From a virus (Duplodnaviria > Caudoviricetes): a stretch of 29,104 nt of DNA. Below the pieces are notes generated by a model. It did no database searches, was not told where the DNA came from, and worked only from the letters and a program-made list of their open reading frames with translations. Shown here piece after piece: positions 18,609 to 26,167 of this stretch; positions within the stretch are counted from its first letter, which is position 1, and every line of letters starts with the position of its first letter. The position numbers and the translations under genes were made by a program. The DNA is taken from the IMG/VR virus record IMGVR_UViG_3300000756_000004, positions 1-29,104 of that record. One strand, given 5' to 3'.

Positions 18609-19486
18609 CAGGCAAAGGTGATGGCATCAGCTTCACCCTTGGTGGGGTAAGGCTGCAGGGTGTGGATCTGCTTGGGATAGGTAGGATAGCTATCAAAGGC
18701 AGTGCAGGCTTTATATGCTTCAATGGCCTGGGCGAGTAGCACACCACCTTCAGCAATCAGCTGGCTGGACAATTCAAAGCAGCCTGTGGCATTTGGTGCA
18801 GCCTTCTCAGCACAGATCATCTTAAAGCCCTGTGGACGGACACCAAAGGTCTGCTTATACATCAGGCAATAGAAGGCAGCTTGAAGGTGATAGCCCCTTT
18901 TGTATGTAGTGGCCAATACATTGCGGGGGGTAATGTAATCACCAAAGGTCTTAAGGTCTATGATCCAGCCATCTGTGGTGATCATATCCAGCTGCGATTT
19001 CATCTTAATGCCATCATAGGTGGTGGCCAGGCACAGCTCAGTGGCCAGGGGTGTGATGCCCCAATGCTTCAGCTCATCATTGAGTGCCTTGCCAGCGCGC
19101 ATAGCTTCTTCAAGCTCATCACGATCTGCTACTGTCTTGCCCTGGCTTACCTGGTCAAAGTTATCCCACCAGGCAATGGCTTCCAGGGTGGCAGGGGTAG
19201 GCTTCTTAGCTGTGCGCTGCTTCTCAGTGGGCTTCTTAGGGGCATCATCAGGCAGGGTGATTACCTGGCTGGCAAACAGGTCAGGCTGTAGGCAGAAAAG
19301 GTGTGTCAGGCTTCCAATGCGCAGGGCTGGGGTTTCCTTCTTAGCACCATCAAGGTATGCCTTATAGTGGCCAGGGCTGCGGAGGATCTCCTTGCTGCCA
19401 GATTGATTGAGTGCCTGGTGTGCATCATAGGCAGCACGATCCCAAGGGAAGGTGGGCAGGGCTTTGATCTGTTCTTTAGTTATCAT
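18608..19486 (-). CDS. Exonuclease VIII / RecE-like PD-(D/E)XK nuclease (292 aa)
   Basis: LNQSGSK, GSLTH, KSQLD, IIDLKT and YHLQAAFY motifs. Start taken at MITKEQ. Confidence 0.88.
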   Translation of the reverse strand: MITKEQIKALPTFPWDRAAYDAHQALNQSGSKEILRSPGHYKAYLDGAKKETPALRIGSLTHLFCLQPDLFASQVITLPDDAPKKPTEKQRTAKKPTPATLEAIAWWDNFDQVSQGKTVADRDELEEAMRAGKALNDELKHWGITPLATELCLATTYDGIKMKSQLDMITTDGWIIDLKTFGDYITPRNVLATTYKRGYHLQAAFYCLMYKQTFGVRPQGFKMICAEKAAPNATGCFELSSQLIAEGGVLLAQAIEAYKACTAFDSYPTYPKQIHTLQPYPTKGEADAITFA

Positions 19487-19736
19487 TTTTGGGGTGTTTC
19501 GTTTTGTGGTTTGTGGGGATGAGAAAGGGGAAATCAATGAAGCCATCATTGGCCATATTGCAGAATAGGGCTGCATCAGCCTGGGTGGTAAAGCGCAGGA
19601 TCTGGCCACCATAGATCAGGAAGCCAGGTGAGTGCTTGAAGCTGCCACCTTCCACCAGGATGAATTGCCTGGTGATGCCATTGGCATCCTGGCCAGCCTG
19701 TGGGCTGTATTTGGGCAGTGGGCTGGGCTTACTCAT
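19476..19736 (-). CDS. Hypothetical protein (86 aa)
   Basis: Start MSKPSP overlaps the methyltransferase stop (ATGAGTAA). Confidence 0.6.
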   Translation of the reverse strand: MSKPSPLPKYSPQAGQDANGITRQFILVEGGSFKHSPGFLIYGGQILRFTTQADAALFCNMANDGFIDFPFLIPTNHKTKHPKNDN

Positions 19737-20352
19737 TGGTGCAGCTGTTAATGATTTCAATACACAATGCCTCTGGCACTTTGCTTCTTTCAAAAGCATT
19801 GGCCTTACCCTGTGTGCCTGTGCGCGCGCCCCTTGGGGCTGCTTGATGGCAGGGTGATCCATTGCTGCACTTAGGCTTAGGCATCCATCTTGTGCTGTTA
19901 GTCCAAATATCAGTGGGCTTCATTCTATCATCACCATATTGGCAGTAGGTCACTGTGTGCAGAAAAGGTATGTGCTGAAGTAATGGCAAAGTGCGCAGCA
20001 TCCCTCTAGGGTTTTCAATGAAATAAAATTGGGGATCTAGCTGCTCAATAATCCAGGCTGTGCGCTTTATAATATCTATGCTTTGGATTGCTGCCTGTGT
20101 CTTTGGCATCCTGCCTGGAAGCCAATGGTGGCCAATGGATGCAACACTGAAACAGGTGCAGGGAGGGGAAGCCCAGATGATATCTGGTTTGAAGGGCACT
20201 TTTGCAGGATCAAAATCCATTATATCAATGGCATAATCAATGCCTTCAAAGCTTTTAAGGTCTGAAGCAAAAGTGATATGGCCAAGCTTCTCAGCTGTCT
20301 TGCTGAATGATTTGCTGCCAGCAAACAAATCAAGCACCTTGAGCTTACTCAT
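19729..20352 (-). CDS. C5-cytosine DNA methyltransferase, short form (207 aa)
   Basis: Motif I VLDLFAG, motif IV WASPPC, motif VI FIENP, motif VIII-like YCQYG..RMKPT. Confidence 0.9.
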   Translation of the reverse strand: MSKLKVLDLFAGSKSFSKTAEKLGHITFASDLKSFEGIDYAIDIMDFDPAKVPFKPDIIWASPPCTCFSVASIGHHWLPGRMPKTQAAIQSIDIIKRTAWIIEQLDPQFYFIENPRGMLRTLPLLQHIPFLHTVTYCQYGDDRMKPTDIWTNSTRWMPKPKCSNGSPCHQAAPRGARTGTQGKANAFERSKVPEALCIEIINSCTNE

Positions 20353-20554
20353 TGGGGTGCTTGCGTCTGTAGTCAGCGCGCCAGGCTTCAATGCAGCGCA
20401 GACGCAGCTCAGCTTCTCGCAGATCCCATTGGAGCTGTCTATTGATGCTGGCCAATTCCTTCTGCTGGTGGATCAGGTCAGCCACAATATCCAGCACCTG
20501 ATTAAAACGATGCTCAAGTGGTATGCCCTGGGGCTGTGTGGTGTCACCAATCAT
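20345..20554 (-). CDS. Hypothetical coiled-coil protein (69 aa)
   Basis: Coupled to both neighbours; CCTATG start context. Confidence 0.6.
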   Translation of the reverse strand: MIGDTTQPQGIPLEHRFNQVLDIVADLIHQQKELASINRQLQWDLREAELRLRCIEAWRADYRRKHPNE

Positions 20555-20829
20555 AGGGCTTTGATCTGCTTGATGATCTCATCAGCCTGGGCTTGGCTTT
20601 CCCTAGAATAAAAGAAGCCCTTGCGCACTGCCAGGTCAGCCAGCTGCTTGGCCAGGGTGATGGCAGGGCTTGTGGGCTTTGCCTGCAGCTGTGCCTTGAG
20701 CTGCTGAGCTTCTTCCAAGGCCAGCTGGTATAGCAGCCAGGTGTGATCAAAGGTGGCCTTGCTCACATATTGCTTGGCCTGAGCTTCAAGGGCTGCTTCA
20801 GCCAGCTTGATGGGGATGAGGTTACTCAT
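20551..20829 (-). CDS. Hypothetical protein (92 aa)
   Basis: Start MSNLIP overlaps the upstream stop. Confidence 0.6.
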   Translation of the reverse strand: MSNLIPIKLAEAALEAQAKQYVSKATFDHTWLLYQLALEEAQQLKAQLQAKPTSPAITLAKQLADLAVRKGFFYSRESQAQADEIIKQIKAL

Positions 20830-21064
20830 TGGCCTTGGGCTTTGGCTTGGATGCCTTGGCCTTATCCAGCTGCCTGGCTGTGATGCTGATGGCCTTCCTG
20901 ATGTGCCTATCAGGGATACCTTCAGCCAGGAGATCCAGGGCAATGGCCTGCTTCTGGGTGGCCGTCAGCAGATGTGCCTTGGGGTATCTGTAGCCAGCCT
21001 GGTTATTGCCAGCTGCAGCCTTGAGGAAAGGGGCAGGCTTATCCATTGGCCTGCGCGCGCTCAT
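20822..21064 (-). CDS. Small HTH-like protein (80 aa)
   Basis: LTATQKQAIALDLLAEGIPDRHIRKAISIT resembles a LuxR/sigma4-type HTH. Confidence 0.5.
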   Translation of the reverse strand: MSARRPMDKPAPFLKAAAGNNQAGYRYPKAHLLTATQKQAIALDLLAEGIPDRHIRKAISITARQLDKAKASKPKPKANE

Positions 21065-21782
21065 TGATGGCCTTGAGGAAAGCCTGACACATCTTAGGGG
21101 ATGTGGTCAGATCTACCTGGTAAATGGTCTGCAGATTTCGCAGGCTGTCACCTTCAGTAAGCCAGCCCTTCTGCACCAGGATCTGGTCAGCTGCCTTTAG
21201 CTGGCCAGGGTTAAGGTGGCCTAAGCTGTCAAAATACCACAGGGGGTGGGGGGCTTGGCTCACTTCAGCTGCAACAGGCTTGGCCTGGTAGGGCTTAGGC
21301 TGCTGGCTGTAGGGCTGGGGCTTGCTGGCCGCATTGCCATCATCATCCATCATCTCAGTAGCCACGCCTGCTATAGTTGCCAATGCATAGCGTCTCAAAT
21401 AAGTTAGGGCTGATCCTGTATCCTGCAGCTTACCACCACCCTTGATACCCAGCTCACCAAATTCAAAGATGTGCCCACTGATATGCACCACCTTTGTCTG
21501 GATGCTGACGCGCTCATCAGATGTATTGGCCACCTGGATGAAGGCCAGGCCATAGGCTGCAAAGGCTGGCTTCACTTGATCCAACAAATCACCAAGCCCG
21601 AAATAGCTGGATTTAAAATGCGGATTGATGCGCTTGGCTTCCACATTCTGGCAGCTGGCAATGGCCAGCACCAGGGCTTCAGTGGGGCTAAGCTTCCTGA
21701 TCTCATCAGACAGCAGCACAGGGGTGAGGATGGGGGTGGTGGCCTGATCAGCAGCAGGCTGGCTGTCTTTGCGTTTACTCAT
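21039..21782 (-). CDS. ERF-family ssDNA annealing protein (247 aa)
   Basis: NPHFKSSY, HISG, GSALTYLRRYAL and DDDG signatures. Confidence 0.92.
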   Translation of the reverse strand: MSKRKDSQPAADQATTPILTPVLLSDEIRKLSPTEALVLAIASCQNVEAKRINPHFKSSYFGLGDLLDQVKPAFAAYGLAFIQVANTSDERVSIQTKVVHISGHIFEFGELGIKGGGKLQDTGSALTYLRRYALATIAGVATEMMDDDGNAASKPQPYSQQPKPYQAKPVAAEVSQAPHPLWYFDSLGHLNPGQLKAADQILVQKGWLTEGDSLRNLQTIYQVDLTTSPKMCQAFLKAINERAQANG

Positions 21783-21817
21783 TGGGTGTATTGGGTGGGT
21801 GGGTGGAAAAGTGGGGA

Positions 21818-21889
21818 AGCTCCTGGAGGGATTTGAACCCACAGCCTTCTCATTACAAATGAGACGCACAGCCATTGTGCTACAGGAGC
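21818..21889 (-). tRNA. tRNA-Thr (anticodon UGU)
   Basis: Cloverleaf: acceptor GCTCCTG/CAGGAGC, D-stem GCAC/GTGC, anticodon arm TCTCA-TT-TGT-AA-TGAGA, T arm GTGGG-TTCAAAT-CCCTC (one mismatch). CCA not encoded. Confidence 0.92.
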
Positions 21890-21897
21890 AGAAGGGA

Positions 21898-22146
21898 TTA
21901 ACCTTGGGTGGCCTTGGCCTGCTTGCTCAGCTCAGCCTTCTCACAGGCTTGCAGATAATCTTCAAGGGCAGTGGGATTATCCAGGCTGATGCGCTTGGAT
22001 TTGCCAGAAGCTCCAAGCCCCAAGCTCCAGGCTGTCTTGCCATTGATCAGCACAGGCTTCAGCTTGCGCGCAATCGTGCCACAGGGCAGGATGACATAGG
22101 GGGTTTGACCAATAGGGGTGATGGTGGGGGTGGGTGTTTTAGCCAT
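21898..22146 (-). CDS. Hypothetical protein (82 aa)
   Basis: Start MAKTPT in CCTATG context. Confidence 0.65.
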   Translation of the reverse strand: MAKTPTPTITPIGQTPYVILPCGTIARKLKPVLINGKTAWSLGLGASGKSKRISLDNPTALEDYLQACEKAELSKQAKATQG

Positions 22147-22153
22147 AGGATTA

Positions 22154-22609
22154 TTATTTTCTGGGAGAGAGATTGAGAGAGTGATCAAGGATCAGCAGGG
22201 CATCTGCTGTCTTTAAGGTCAGGCCATCCACCCAAGGGAAACGCCTGGAAGCTTCTGCCTTCAAAGCTGATTTCCAATTGGGGCTTCCAGCCTTGGTGAT
22301 GCCCAGGCCAGCCTGCCAGGTCTGCGGGGATACCAGGATCACCCTGTGCTGTCGGCCAATGCACCAGCCTTCAATCCAGCCACAGCTTTTGCCCAGCTTA
22401 AAGGCTGCGCTGCTTGGGATAATCCTGCCCACAAAGGGTGGCACTTTCTCCAGGTAGATGGTGCAGCCAAAGGGGATCAGATTGGCCAGCTCAGCCATAT
22501 CTTCAGGCATAGGATGCAAAAGGATGCTGTTATCTGGGAGCAGCAATGCAATGCCACCTGACATACCAGGATCGATTGCTGCAGCTGTAGCTTGGGTGAG
22601 TGTTGCCAA
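22154..22609 (-). CDS. RuvC-like Holliday junction resolvase (151 aa)
   Basis: AIDPGMSGGIA, IYLEKV, VSPQTWQ and ADALLI motifs; TTG start. Confidence 0.85.
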   Translation of the reverse strand: MATLTQATAAAIDPGMSGGIALLLPDNSILLHPMPEDMAELANLIPFGCTIYLEKVPPFVGRIIPSSAAFKLGKSCGWIEGWCIGRQHRVILVSPQTWQAGLGITKAGSPNWKSALKAEASRRFPWVDGLTLKTADALLILDHSLNLSPRK

Positions 22610-22628
22610 AGGTGTTTTGTCTGTAGAA

Positions 22629-23069
22629 TTATCTTAAGAGTGCTGCCTTGCGCTTGGTGATGGCTGGGCATCTGCCAATGTCAAACCCCCTTTGCCTGTA
22701 TCCACTGAAGCCCAGATTGTGGATGGCATACAAATCCACCAGGGTAGGTTTCCTGCCTGTGGCCTTGGTAAACCTGGTGGCATTGAGAGTGAGCCAGCTG
22801 TGCAGATAAGATCTGGCAATGGTGGCATCAAGGGCTTTGTGGTAAGGGTAGGCATCAAGGCCATTGGCTGCGCGCCAGGCTGTGGTGTCTTGCCAGCTGG
22901 GGTAATGGAATTGAGCCAGGCCAAGGCCAGCACCCTTATCCCCTACAGCTGCAGGATTTCCGCTGCTTTCAATGGCAATGATTTTATCCAGCTGTGCTGG
23001 GGTGATAGCTGCCATAGATGATGCGCAGGATAGAAGCAGGGCTGGGATGTATGTCATCTGGTATGTCAT
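22629..23069 (-). CDS. Lysozyme-like / lytic transglycosylase (146 aa) with N-terminal signal-like segment
   Basis: IIAIESSGNPAAVGD catalytic Glu motif, GLGLAQF, AIHNLG. Confidence 0.8.
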   Translation of the reverse strand: MTYQMTYIPALLLSCASSMAAITPAQLDKIIAIESSGNPAAVGDKGAGLGLAQFHYPSWQDTTAWRAANGLDAYPYHKALDATIARSYLHSWLTLNATRFTKATGRKPTLVDLYAIHNLGFSGYRQRGFDIGRCPAITKRKAALLR

Positions 23070-23221
23070 TTATTTTTCTGCTTAATACCTGTATATGGGC
23101 AGAATTGATGTTCATCAATTGGTGGGCACTCACATTCATCTGTGTGCTGCTGATGCTTTGTGCAAAAATAGTCATCACAATCTGGGCATTTAATCCAAAT
23201 AATCTTCATCTGGTATGTCAT
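23066..23221 (-). CDS. Small Cys/His-rich protein (51 aa), not in the ORF track
   Basis: Translates as MTYQMKIIWIKCPDCDDYFCTKHQQHTDECECPPIDEHQFCPYTGIKQKNK; ATGA overlaps at both ends. Confidence 0.7.
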   Translation of the reverse strand: MTYQMKIIWIKCPDCDDYFCTKHQQHTDECECPPIDEHQFCPYTGIKQKNK

Positions 23222-23526
23222 TTGCGCACAGGCATTGCGTTACCCCTTTGCACATCACCATCTTTCCAGGTCACTCTGTAGCTTAAGGTAAGGAAGCCAC
23301 CAAAGCCAATGTGTGCATCAAGCCAGGCTTCAGTGCAGCCATCAAGTGCAGCCAGGCGCACCTGTTCATCAGCCAGGATATCCTTGGCCTTCTTCAGCAC
23401 AGCCTTTTCAGACATATCACCAAAGATGATGCGATCATTGAAATAGTAGAATTCCTGGATCAGATTGTGCAGGATGAAGGTGGCGAAATCTTTACGCATC
23501 TGAAGTGGGGGTGGGGTGTAATTCAT
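23218..23526 (-). CDS. Hypothetical protein (102 aa)
   Basis: CCTATG start; fills the gap after the ligase. Confidence 0.65.
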   Translation of the reverse strand: MNYTPPPLQMRKDFATFILHNLIQEFYYFNDRIIFGDMSEKAVLKKAKDILADEQVRLAALDGCTEAWLDAHIGFGGFLTLSYRVTWKDGDVQRGNAMPVRK

Positions 23527-23560
23527 AGGATTATCAAAGTGGATTGGCTGGCAAGCCTGC

Positions 23561-24430
23561 TCACTTATCCCACCTGATCTTCACCAGGGTGGGGTGGCGC
23601 ATTGAGCCATTGGGGGTGATCTCCTGGCACTGCACTTCAGCCACCTTGCCAATGTAAAGGTGGGGCTGGTCACTGATGGCCAAGCGCAGCTCATCACTCA
23701 GGCCAGATCCAACAGCCACCACTGTGCCTAGGTAATTAATCAGCAGCGCGCCAGCTGCACCATCAAACCTACCCTTCCCAGGCACAAAGCCCACAATGGG
23801 GCAGTCATAGGTTTCAGATCCCTTCAGCTTGATCCAGGCTTTGCTGCGCTTGCCCTGGTAATAAGGGGCTTCAATGTCCTTAAGCACTACACCTTCCCAG
23901 CCCAGGCTGATGGCCTTCTGCACCAGGGCTTCAGGATCAATGCAGCTGGTGGTGATGGTATCAAAGATGGGCACTTGCTTGATCCTTTCAGATGAGTGCA
24001 GGCCAGCCTTAGTAAAGGCATCAGTGATGGCCTGCCTTCTGGCCAGGTAGGGCACACCATCAGTGGTCACCCAGCCTTCTACCCAGGGCAGATCAAAGAT
24101 GGCAAAGATGCCATCAGCATCTGTGTCATCCTTCTTCATCAGCTTGCCAGCCCCATCATAGAAGCCAGCACCAGCAATGGCTTCACCATCAAAGCTGCAG
24201 GGCTTGCCAATGGCAGCACCCAGCTTGAGCAGATCAGGCGCGCAGCTACCCAGGGTGGTAAGGGGGTGGCCGTTTCTGGTCTGGAATGTCACCCACCCTT
24301 GGGCTGCATCCACTGTGGCAATCACCCTGATGCCATCCAGCTTTGGCTCAATAGCCCAGAAGCGATCACCCAGGGTGTCTAGATTGGGCAGGCTGGTGGC
24401 CAGCATAGGGCTGAAAATCTTAAGCTGCAT
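23561..24430 (-). CDS. lig: ATP-dependent DNA ligase, minimal (289 aa)
   Basis: Motif I EPKLDGIR, FDGE, AIFD, WEGVVLK, WIKLK, VGSG, SMRHP..IRWDK. Confidence 0.95.
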   Translation of the reverse strand: MQLKIFSPMLATSLPNLDTLGDRFWAIEPKLDGIRVIATVDAAQGWVTFQTRNGHPLTTLGSCAPDLLKLGAAIGKPCSFDGEAIAGAGFYDGAGKLMKKDDTDADGIFAIFDLPWVEGWVTTDGVPYLARRQAITDAFTKAGLHSSERIKQVPIFDTITTSCIDPEALVQKAISLGWEGVVLKDIEAPYYQGKRSKAWIKLKGSETYDCPIVGFVPGKGRFDGAAGALLINYLGTVVAVGSGLSDELRLAISDQPHLYIGKVAEVQCQEITPNGSMRHPTLVKIRWDK

Positions 24431-24433
24431 AGG

Positions 24434-24607
24434 TCACTTGCGCTTGGATGTGAACAGGGCACACAGGCTGATGCCCAGCACAATGGGGATCAGGATGGTG
24501 AGGAAGAAAAGCACCAGGCCATCTATGCCTTGGCTGTAATCCTGGGGTGACAGGGGCTTGTCATAAGCAGCCCTGTGATTTGCGGGGGTGGTGGTGTGGT
24601 TTTTCAT
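24434..24607 (-). CDS. Small single-pass membrane protein (57 aa)
   Basis: Start MKNHTT in CCTATG context; hydrophobic LVLFFLTILIPIVLGISLCALF followed by KRK. Confidence 0.65.
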   Translation of the reverse strand: MKNHTTTPANHRAAYDKPLSPQDYSQGIDGLVLFFLTILIPIVLGISLCALFTSKRK

Positions 24608-24629
24608 AGGTAAGCTGGTGGGCTGATGA

Positions 24630-24959
24630 TTATTTGAGCAGCTTGGAAGCAGCAGCACTGCGATCAGAAGCCCTGCGCAGGATGGCAGGGAAATGCTTAT
24701 ACCACCAGCGCACACCCTTTCCATTATCCAGGGCAAGCCAGGCTTCACAGGTAGCAGCAGCCAGGGCATAGATCTTAGCTGCCTGCTTGTATTCTTTGTG
24801 CGCTTCCTTGGCATAAGCCTTGCGCTTGGCTTCAGTGCGCTTGGTGGAAAGGGCACATTGCTCACAGGTGAAAGCCCAGAGCTTTGCCTGGTATGCTTCA
24901 TTGCGCAGCTTGAAGGTCTGCTTCTGAAGCTGCTGGGCGGGGGTGGTTTCGTTTGTCAT
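24630..24959 (-). CDS. Hypothetical helical early protein (109 aa)
   Basis: Start codon lies within the 45-bp repeat. Confidence 0.65.
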   Translation of the reverse strand: MTNETTPAQQLQKQTFKLRNEAYQAKLWAFTCEQCALSTKRTEAKRKAYAKEAHKEYKQAAKIYALAAATCEAWLALDNGKGVRWWYKHFPAILRRASDRSAAASKLLK

Positions 24960-25263
24960 AGGTGTGGTGATATGTGGGTGAGAGTGATGGCCTGGGCTTA
25001 GCCAGCCTTCAGGATCTTATTGAGCGTCTTGGTGTGGGCAGCTTTAGCAGCCCTCATCTTGTAAGCAGCCTTATTGCAAAGCTCGAAGTGCTTGGCATTA
25101 TCTTCAGGGGCGCACTTATTCCAGGCTTCCCTGGCAGCAATATATTCCATACAAGCCTGGTGACTGAGTGCCTTATGCTTCTGATCAGCTTCAATGTATG
25201 CCTGGGTGGTTTCGGTTTTCATAGGTGTGGTGATATGTGGGTGAGAGTGATGGCCTGGGCTTA
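24941..25263. repeat. 60-bp direct repeat (24941-25000 and 25204-25263) with a 45-bp exact core
   Basis: tcataggtgtggtgatatgtgggtgagagtgatggcctgggctta occurs at 24956 and 25219. Confidence 0.95.
24998..25222 (-). CDS. Hypothetical helical early protein (74 aa)
   Basis: Start and stop both lie in the repeat copies. Confidence 0.7.
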   Translation of the reverse strand: MKTETTQAYIEADQKHKALSHQACMEYIAAREAWNKCAPEDNAKHFELCNKAAYKMRAAKAAHTKTLNKILKAG

Positions 25264-25551
25264 AGCCAGGATGGTAGCCAGCTCCTGCTCAGTTAGGCTG
25301 CGATCCTTTAGGATTGTCTTGCCCTGATCATTAACGAAAAATTTTTCCTTATAGACTAAGCCCACCTTAATCGTGAAAGGCTTATTGGCTACCTGGACAG
25401 CAATGATTTGGCTGGTGGCCAAATAGGTATGCGCATCACTCCTTGAAAGGTGATTGATTACAGGCCACTCAATAAAGGTGAAAAGACCATCTTTGGTGAT
25501 GGTGGCCTGGGTGGTGTTTAGCTGACTGATTTCGGTGATTTGATTTGTCAT
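25261..25551 (-). CDS. Hypothetical early protein (96 aa)
   Basis: Start MTNQIT downstream of the sigma70-like promoter. Confidence 0.65.
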   Translation of the reverse strand: MTNQITEISQLNTTQATITKDGLFTFIEWPVINHLSRSDAHTYLATSQIIAVQVANKPFTIKVGLVYKEKFFVNDQGKTILKDRSLTEQELATILA

Positions 25552-25569
25552 ATGTGTGGGAAGGCCAGC

Positions 25570-25599
25570 ACCATAGGCAAATGATGTGCCACCTGTCCA
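25570..25599 (-). promoter_or_regulatory. Sigma70-like early promoter TGGACA-18-TATGGT with operator-like spacer
   Basis: Intergenic, at the head of the early gene block; shares a 13-mer with the 8294-8321 promoter. Confidence 0.55.
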
Positions 25600-25613
25600 G
25601 CCCTGAAAGCAAA

Positions 25614-25772
25614 TCATTTAAGCCTATCCCTGGCCTTATGCCTGGTGGCCTGCCTTTTCCGCAGCCAGATCACCTTGGCAAGCCTACCAGCCTTGGCCGT
25701 TTCCCCTGCTTTGGTGGCCTTCCTGAGCCATTTGGCTAGGTCAGGCAGGCTTGGCCTAGGGCTGGGGTGCAT
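25614..25772 (-). CDS. Small basic protein (~52 aa)
   Basis: Lys/Arg-rich; start uncertain (25772 or 25817). Confidence 0.45.
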   Translation of the reverse strand: MHPSPRPSLPDLAKWLRKATKAGETAKAGRLAKVIWLRKRQATRHKARDRLK

Positions 25773-25813
25773 TGGGGGCTTAGAAGGCCAGCCAGCTGGG
25801 TGGGGGCAAGCCT

Positions 25814-26167
25814 TCACTTCTGCCCCTTATCCCCAAAGCCCAGCCCCTTCCAGGCCAGCGCGCCCCCGATCAGCATACAGCTAACAAATAAGCCCAGGCT
25901 GAAATCCCTGCAATTCACCAGGGCTTGCTTGGCACTGTTCAGATTTCTTTCCAGGTTCTTATCATCAGCCACAAAGGTCTGCCCTGGGATATCAGTGATC
26001 AGGAGTGCCATCACATTGCTATCTTGCAGGCTGTCCAAAATGAATTGGGCTGTGAAGTAAACAGTGGCAGCGCAGCACCCAGATATAATGATGCTACCCA
26101 CCACAGCAATCAGAAGATTGGCAGGGTGCATCCCCCAGATCCTGGGCTGTGTGTCACTTTCTGGCAT
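25814..26167 (-). CDS. Two-TM membrane protein, lysis cluster (117 aa)
   Basis: Two hydrophobic segments; adjacent to the holin-like gene. Confidence 0.6.
   Translation of the reverse strand: MPESDTQPRIWGMHPANLLIAVVGSIIISGCCAATVYFTAQFILDSLQDSNVMALLITDIPGQTFVADDKNLERNLNSAKQALVNCRDFSLGLFVSCMLIGGALAWKGLGFGDKGQK

Noticed and set aside
18841-18950. Extra partial copies of the late motif (ACCAAAGGTC)
   Set aside because: They are inside the exonuclease gene encoding TFG, lack the TGCA half, and have no downstream start.
21783-21875. 31-aa N-terminal extension of ERF given in the ORF track
   Set aside because: It overlaps the tRNA gene; the start at 21782 fits the genome's start motif.
24941-25263. 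CRISPR array or integron attC sites
   Set aside because: Only two copies, the spacer is a 225-bp ORF, the repeat is not palindromic, and no cas or integrase gene is present.
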